Assembly (NCBI GenBank): GCA_963845145.1
Contig: CAWJQU010000012.1
Location: 1-14,459 of the forward strand
DNA length: 14,459 nucleotides
From: an uncultured delta proteobacterium
GTDB lineage: Bacteria; Desulfobacterota; Desulfobacteria; Desulfobacterales; QNYZ01
Direction: 5' to 3'
Shown: in pieces, positions 9,100 through 14,459 of the stretch
Numbering within the stretch: the first letter of the stretch is position 1
Layout of the letters: each line of letters opens with the position of its first letter
Program-made: the position numbers and the translations under genes
The notes under the pieces: model-generated
Database searches by the model: none
What the model saw: the letters and a program-made list of their open reading frames with translations, nothing else
What the model was told of the DNA's origin: nothing

Positions 9100-9672
9100 T
9101 TATGGTTGGGTCATCTTCAGAAAGTTTCGCAACAGTCGTTTTCCAGCCGGGGTCATAATCGATTCCGGGTGGAACTGGACGCCTTCGGTATTGTGGTGGC
9201 GATGCCGTAACCCCATGATCTCGCCGTCATCCGCCCTGGCGGATACCGCAAGGTAAGCGGGCAGGGTATCGGGGCAGACCGACAGGGAGTGATACCGCAT
9301 GGCCTTAAAAGGTTTGTTAAAACCGGAAAAGATCGTCTCTCCATCGGAGGTAACCATCGAGGTCTTGCCGTGCATCAGGCGTTTGGCCGGGATAATGTTG
9401 CCCCCAAAGGCGGCCGCGATGGTCTGATGGCCCAGACAGACGCCGAGGATGGGAATTTTGCCGGAAAAAGAGTGAACCAGGGCCAGGGATATCCCGGCCC
9501 CTTCCGGGCGTCCCGGACCGGGGGATACGACGATACCGGCGGGTTTTATGGCTTCGACATCGGGGAGGGTGATCTCGTTGTTGCGCACCACGGTAACCGC
9601 AGTTCCCAACATCTTGAAATATTGCACCAGATTGTAGGTAAACGAATCAAAATTATCGATCATCAGGATCAT
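9100..9672 (-). CDS. trpG: Anthranilate synthase component II (class I glutamine amidotransferase)
   Basis: Motifs MIDNFDSFTYNL, SPGPGRP, GVCLGHQ, MHGK, RYHSL, GVQFHPES. ATGA overlap with the trpE stop at 9669-9672. Confidence 0.96.
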   Translation of the reverse strand: MILMIDNFDSFTYNLVQYFKMLGTAVTVVRNNEITLPDVEAIKPAGIVVSPGPGRPEGAGISLALVHSFSGKIPILGVCLGHQTIAAAFGGNIIPAKRLMHGKTSMVTSDGETIFSGFNKPFKAMRYHSLSVCPDTLPAYLAVSARADDGEIMGLRHRHHNTEGVQFHPESIMTPAGKRLLRNFLKMTQP

Positions 9673-11192
9673 CGGTCTTCTCCCTTGCCCGGCCCGCGGC
9701 CACCGGCCAGCTGTAGTGCCTTGGCAATGGCCATGGCCTTGTTCACCGATTCGATGCGTTCCGCCTCGGGATCCGAATCGGACACGATACCTGCACCGGC
9801 CCTCACGGTCAGGCGACCGTTTTCAATGTGAGCTGTGCGGATGGTGATGGCCATATCCATGTCGCCGTGAAAGGAGATATATCCCACGGCCCCACCATAC
9901 GGGCCCCGCGGGGACTTTTCCCGTTGCGGCGATTATCTCCATGGCCCGGACTTTTGGTGCCCCGGACAGGGTCCCGGCCGGAAAAACAGACCGAAACAGA
10001 TCCCATGCATCGGTTTTGTCATCGAGGTCGCAGCAAATATTCGACACCAGGTGCATGACATGGGAATAGCGCTCCACGATCATCAGGTCGGTCACCTGGA
10101 CCGATCCGGTGCGCGCCACCCGGCCCAGATCATTTCGGCCGAGATCCACGAGCATCAGGTGTTCAGCCCGTTCTTTTTCGTCGGAGAGGAGATCGTCGGC
10201 GAGGGCGCGATCTCCTGCTCGGTGCCGGCGCGCGGTCGCGTACCGGCGATGGGACGCAGGGTGGCCACGTTGTTCTCCAGACGTATCATCGTTTCGGGGG
10301 AGGACCCCACTAAAGCCGTTTGGCCGAAGTGAATGAAAAACATGTAGGGCGACGGGTTGATATACCGCTGGGCCCGGTACAGTTGCCACAAATCCGGAGG
10401 CGTCTCGCAGATAAACGGCTGGGAAATCACCGCCTGAATGATGTCGCCGGCCCGTATCGCGCGCTTTACCTCATGAATCTGGTCACGGTAGCGCTTAGGC
10501 GATATTTGCGGGAGCAGACCACAATCTTTCGGGGGCGGTGGCTCGGGCGTTGACGGTTTGGTTTTTATGTCGCCGATGATCCGGTTGATCCGCTGGATGG
10601 CGTCTGCATAATCGATCCCCATCTGGGTTTCATCTTGGGTGTTATCAGCCCCATTGTCTTCTAAAAAAGCGGTGACGACGATGAACAATGTGTGGCGAAT
10701 ATTGTCGAAAATAAGCAATTCATCCGGAATGACAAAGTCGGCCAGCGCCTTATCAGGTGGCCATTGGTTGGGGATATTTTCAAAAAATGAAACCATTTCG
10801 TAAGTAAAGTAACCCACCAGCCCGCCCCAGAAATTGGGCAGCTCGGGTATACTTGCCGGCCGGAAACGAGCCATCATTGATTTTAATAAGGCGAGCGGAT
10901 TGCCGCCGTGGGGCTGACGCATGTTTTGATGGTTGCCGTCAATGCTGATGTGCTCTGAAAAGACACGAACCCGATAGCGGGTTGAAATGCCCAAAAAGCT
11001 GTAGCGTCCCCATCGCTCCCCACCCTCAACACTTTCCAAAAGAAACAGGGGCTGCCCGTTATCGTAAAATGTCTTTAAAAGGGTTACCGGTGTGACGGTG
11101 TCCGCCAGGATTTCGGCGCAGACAGGTACCACATTGGCACTCTTGGCCAGATCGAAAAAACGGTTCTTATCGGGAAATTGTCTGAGCTGCAT
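9669..11192 (-). CDS. trpE: Anthranilate synthase component I, ~507 aa; two mutually compensating apparent indels (one base missing near 10212, one extra near 9920-9929)
   Basis: ORF 10155..11192: [39 protein letters not shown]. Middle frame: [48 protein letters not shown]. Final frame: [30 protein letters not shown]. First and last segments share a frame. RBS CAGGAGGT at ~11201-11208. Confidence 0.95.
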
Positions 11193-11236
11193 GTAAAGAT
11201 ACCTCCTGGATTCAACAGTGATTCAACCGTTGACAC

Positions 11237-11271
11237 AAAAAAAGGGCCATGGAACGTCGCCCATGACCCTT
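11237..11271 (-). terminator. Intrinsic terminator 2 (trpE-proximal) of the trp leader
   Basis: RNA AAGGGUCAUGG-GCGACGUU-CCAUGGCCC-UUUUUUU: GC-rich stem followed by a U7 run. Confidence 0.85.
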
Positions 11272-11280
11272 ACTATTAAT

Positions 11281-11315
11281 AAAAAAATCGCGGGCGATTG
11301 GCCCGCCCACGATTT
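11281..11315 (-). terminator. Intrinsic terminator 1 (attenuator 3:4) of the trp leader
   Basis: RNA AAAUCGUGGGCG-GGCCAAU-CGCCCGCGA-UUUUUUU: 12-bp stem with one G-U, 7-nt loop, U7 run. Confidence 0.85.
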
Positions 11316-11368
11316 AGATTTTATTTTCTGTTCTGTCTTTTACAAAGACGATATCGCCGGCAAGCCGT

Positions 11369-11428
11369 TTAAAAAGCCTGCCACCACCAATGGTTTTGAC
11401 ACGTTATCGTTTGAGATTTAGTTTTCAT
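11369..11428 (-). CDS. trpL: trp operon leader peptide, 19 aa: MKTKSQTITCQNHWWWQAF
   Basis: ATG AAA ACT AAA TCT CAA ACG ATA ACG TGT CAA AAC CAT TGG TGG TGG CAG GCT TTT TAA on the minus strand. Three consecutive Trp codons at 11381-11389, between the promoter and the terminators upstream of trpE. Confidence 0.92.
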   Translation of the reverse strand: MKTKSQTITCQNHWWWQAF

Positions 11429-11460
11429 TTGATTACCACTATCTTTGAGATTGACACCGA

Positions 11461-11489
11461 AACCTATGGATTTCTTTTGTTGTTGTCAA
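11461..11489 (-). promoter_or_regulatory. Putative sigma70 promoter of the trp operon
   Basis: Minus strand TTGACA (11489-11484), 17-bp spacer, TAGGTT (11466-11461), about 30 nt upstream of the trpL ATG. Confidence 0.8.
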
Positions 11490-11520
11490 GCCTTTTCCCT
11501 GGCCTTTTTCTTGGCTGAGG

Positions 11521-12639
11521 CTAAACGGTCACAAGATCGTATTCCCGACGTCCCAGTTTAAGTTTTTCAGCATAGTCGAGTTGAAGGGGCCAATCGATTT
11601 TGGGAAAAATCGCCTTGAACTTGTCTTCGCCGGGTTTGGTGTGGGTTTTCAGGCAACTACCGGGCAGGGCGGTCTCGGCGTTGACGAGGTCCACCGAAGC
11701 CTGGTCGATGGCCACGGGGTCTTTGGAAGCAACCACCCCGATGTTTCGTACAATGGGCGCGTCGTTGTAGGGCAGGCAGTCACATGCGGGAGAGACATCG
11801 GTGATAAAGTTGATGAAAAGAGATTTGCCTTTTTTGCCCTTTAAAACACCCAGCGTATATTCGACCATTTTTTCCATAAATGCGGGAACGTCCTGCTTCC
11901 ACTGCACCTGGACCGACTCGGTGGGGCAAATTAAAATACACTCGCCGCAACCGACGCATTTTTTTGAATCAATTTTCGCTTTTTTCTTGCCATTAATATC
12001 GATGAGGGCGATGGCCTTATGGGCGCAATGGGCCGCGCACATGCCGCAGCCAACGCAACTTTTGTTTTTGACCTTAGGGCTGACATCGGCGTGCTGTTCC
12101 ATTTTGCCTTTACGGGACGCGCACCCCATGCCCAAATTTTTAATGGTACCGCCGAAGCCGGACAGTTCATGGCACTTGAAATGAGCTACGGAAACCAGGG
12201 CATCGGCGTGTACGATTTCCGACCCGATGTAAACATCCTTGAAGCGGGACCGGTTGATGGTGACCGCTGTCTCGCTTTTGCCTCGCAATCCATCGGCTAT
12301 AATCAGAGGGGCACCCACCACCGGGTAAGCAAATCCATTTTCAATGGCCGTTTTCAAATGATGGACCGAATCACCCCGGGTACCGGCGTACAGGGTGTTG
12401 GCGTCGGTTAAAAATGGCGTGCCGCCGTTTTTCTTAATGGCGTTTACAAGTCGGCGAATATAGACCGGGCGAATAAAGGCCGTATTCCCCAGCTCGCCGA
12501 AATGCAGGCTGACGGCAACCAGATCCCTTTTTTTAACGGTGCGCCCCATCCCCGCGCGTTTGACGAGTTTTTCCAGCTTGTCAATAAAGCTCTCTTTGTA
12601 TTTGGCACGTAGATCGGTAAAGTAGACTTTGCTTTTCAT
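11521..12639 (-). CDS. DUF362-family iron-sulfur protein with an inserted 2x[4Fe-4S] ferredoxin domain, ~372 aa
   Basis: ATG at 12639 (MKSKVYF) after GAGGAG. Motifs LHFGELGN, PFLTDANTLY.G.R, HFKCHELSGFGGTIKNLGMGC, CVGCGMCAAHC, CVGCGECILICP, SPACDC, SKDPVAIDQAS. Confidence 0.88.
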   Translation of the reverse strand: MKSKVYFTDLRAKYKESFIDKLEKLVKRAGMGRTVKKRDLVAVSLHFGELGNTAFIRPVYIRRLVNAIKKNGGTPFLTDANTLYAGTRGDSVHHLKTAIENGFAYPVVGAPLIIADGLRGKSETAVTINRSRFKDVYIGSEIVHADALVSVAHFKCHELSGFGGTIKNLGMGCASRKGKMEQHADVSPKVKNKSCVGCGMCAAHCAHKAIALIDINGKKKAKIDSKKCVGCGECILICPTESVQVQWKQDVPAFMEKMVEYTLGVLKGKKGKSLFINFITDVSPACDCLPYNDAPIVRNIGVVASKDPVAIDQASVDLVNAETALPGSCLKTHTKPGEDKFKAIFPKIDWPLQLDYAEKLKLGRREYDLVTV

Positions 12640-12668
12640 ATCGTTGATTCTCCTCATCTAATGTTTTC

Positions 12669-13345
12669 TTAAAGTTCATCGGAGATGGCGGTGCCAAGCC
12701 ACTTTGGTAGCCGGTGTTTCTCAATGGCCCTGCGCCATCTCCTATCATAGCGGATTCGTAATTTTTGACGATTTCGAATATTGTTGCGGGCCTTGTCGAA
12801 GTCAATGAGATATACCACGCCGTTATCATAAAGTAGCACATTGCCCGGGTGCAGATCGGTATGATGAATCGATGCTGATTAACAATGACACCTGATGGTT
12901 CAGGATTCTATGGCGGTTTCGGCTTTCGACCGTTCGTGGGCGGCAAGTTCGGCCAGGGTTAAGACATTTCGAATCGTTGCGTCACCAGCCAGCCTTGATA
13001 GAGCCACCGGCCCTTGGTGATGAAAACAAACGGTTCCGGGACGTTGATACCCAATTCTCGAACCCGGCTTAACATAATAAATTCAACTTCCGGACGGGTT
13101 ACGCCCCATTTCAGGTGGGTGTGATGGTTAACATGCCGGATAGCGCCGCCACGATAGTATTTTTTAAGTATGACCGACCCGTACCCGGTAAGATCATAGC
13201 AAAAGGGTTGACTGCGTCCACCAAGAACCCCCGTTGCCGACATGTCAGGTAAATTCAGATGATGAATCACTATCCTCATCTGATCATCGGATAACGGGTT
13301 TAAGGATCCGACCAAATAGTTTTGGTATTTTTGAGTGTGCAACAT
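12669..13345 (-). CDS. Kdo kinase / lipopolysaccharide kinase (KdkA/WaaP-like family), broken by about 3-4 single-base indels between ~12870 and ~12970
   Basis: N-terminal ORF has LGGR, LKKYYRGG, R..EF..L..V..LGINVPEP and YQGWLVT. Downstream frames give LTLAELA and IHHTDLHPGNVLLYDNGVVYLIDFDKA..RRWRRAIEKHRL..SDEL*, i.e. the catalytic HxDLxxxN loop and the DFD motif. Stop at 12669-12671. Confidence 0.8.
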
Positions 13346-13568
13346 TTGCAGTTATCGATCCGATAAATTTTAACGTTCATTATCATAATTACCATTATAT
13401 AATATCGTTGCGTTTATCGCCACTTAATTTTAGGGGTTGTATCAAGTTATCGGGTAGGGGTTATACAGATGATGAAGGAAAGTCAGTGGATGTCTATCTT
13501 TAAATAAACTGATGTCCTTGATCTTAAAAATTTGTAAAAAAGGCAGCCGCCAATCTTCGCGACTCATG

Positions 13569-14459
13569 TCAACCGTTGGATTTTTCTATACCCGGAATAA
13601 CGAAGGTGGATGCCTTACCTTTACCCTCGCCCTTGCTCTCGGCAATAATTTTGCCCCCATGCAGTTCTATGAGATCTTTGGTCAGCGACAATCCCAGACC
13701 GGTTCCAGGATACTTTCGACTGGCTGAATTTTCGATCTGCTCAAAAGGCTTGAAGATCCGTTTGAGGTCTTTTGGCTTAATGCCGATACCCGTATCGGTT
13801 ACACTGACTTCAATAAAAGCGCTATGCGGATGAGGATGGAGCAGGCAGTAATGATTCCTGAATCCATTTTGCCCCCAGGTGAATGTGCCCATCATCAGGT
13901 GTGAATTTTACTGCGTTGGATAGCAGGTTATAAATAATTTGCTTAAACTTGCGTTCGTCGGCGGTGATCGTTTTCGGTATACTGGCCACGTCCGTTGATA
14001 AACGTATATTGTGCTTCATAGCCTTTTCTTTGATCATCGACATACTGTTTTCTAAAATATCCCTTGGGGCTATGGTCGAAAGCTCCAGCGCCATCTTTCC
14101 AGTCTCGACTTTTGCAAGATCTAAAATATCATTGATCATGGATAGCAAATGCCGGCTACTGCCAAGGGCATCGTTTAGATACTCTTCCTGGGTTTCATTC
14201 AAATCTCCAAAATTCTTATCAACAACCAGCTCCGTAAATCCGATGATATGGTTTAACGGTGTCCTCAACTCATGGCTGATGTTGGCCAAAAAGTCACTCT
14301 TGGCTCGATTTGCCTTTTCGGCGTTTGTTTTCTCCCTTTTTTAATTTCCGCTCGGCTTCCTTGCGCGCGGTGATGTTTGTTAACGTAAAAATATATCCTT
14401 TGGTAAGGTCGCTATGGTCAAGGGCCTGCCTGGTGACCAGGCGAGGAACCCGATGGCCC
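13569..14459 (-). CDS. PAS/PAC sensor histidine kinase, C-terminal part (start lies outside the window); two apparent frameshifts (A6 run at 14337-14342; linker at ~13823-13860)
   Basis: PAC-like GHRVPRLVT..KGYIFTLTNITARKEAE, then AEKANRAKSDFLANISHELRTPLNHIIGF (H-box), QIIYNLLSNAVKFT, VTDTGIG, FKPFEQ, GTGLGLSL. Confidence 0.92.

Noticed and set aside
9920..10215. Programmed frameshifting or a genuinely split trpE
   Set aside because: There is no slippery heptamer or stimulatory structure, and two opposite indels in a conserved enzyme fit sequencing error better.
11210..11233. ATTCAAC direct repeat and TCAAC-C-GTTGA inverted repeat near the trpE RBS
   Set aside because: Too short to distinguish from chance, and no match to a TrpR operator.
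11218..11421. 67-aa plus-strand ORF across the trp leader
   Set aside because: It is antisense to trpL and the attenuator hairpins, which fully explain the region.
12508..12510. Ser in place of the usual Lys in the DUF362 motif (VSLHFGE versus VKLHFGE)
   Set aside because: GTCAGCCTG versus GTCAAGCTG is explained by a compensating pair of homopolymer miscalls, consistent with the window's error pattern.
354..13833. Numerous overlapping or antisense ORFs in the track (e.g. 603..935, 3356..3835, 4544..5032, 7687..8316, 8616..9158, 9289..9831, 12019..12411)
   Set aside because: They overlap well-supported genes in shadow frames and carry no recognisable motifs.

Overview
Bacterial chromosomal window. 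Gene content suggests Desulfobacterota (Desulfobacterales-like); this is inference, not a search result. Left to right: the 3' part of a histidine kinase (+); a ~1,470-aa membrane hybrid sensor kinase (+; beta-propeller/Y_Y_Y/TM/PAS/HisKA/HATPase/REC) split at a G9 tract; a small two-gene module (+; ribbon-helix-helix protein plus a 66-aa coiled-coil protein) with its own sigma70 promoter and a palindrome inside it; a trpL-trpE-trpG-trpD-trpC-trpF operon (-) without trpBA; a DUF362/4Fe-4S protein (-); a Kdo-kinase-like gene (-); and the 3' part of a second PAS histidine kinase (-). At least nine single-base frameshifts, many in homopolymers and two in trpE, point to uncorrected long-read error rather than real pseudogenes. 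Two observations stand out. (1) The trp leader holds a 19-aa Trp3 leader peptide missing from the ORF track, followed by TWO tandem intrinsic terminators that appear wired as a relay: the 3' arm of terminator 1 is complementary to the 5' arm of terminator 2. (2) The RHH + coiled-coil module is organised like a toxin-antitoxin locus but has no recognisable toxin fold.
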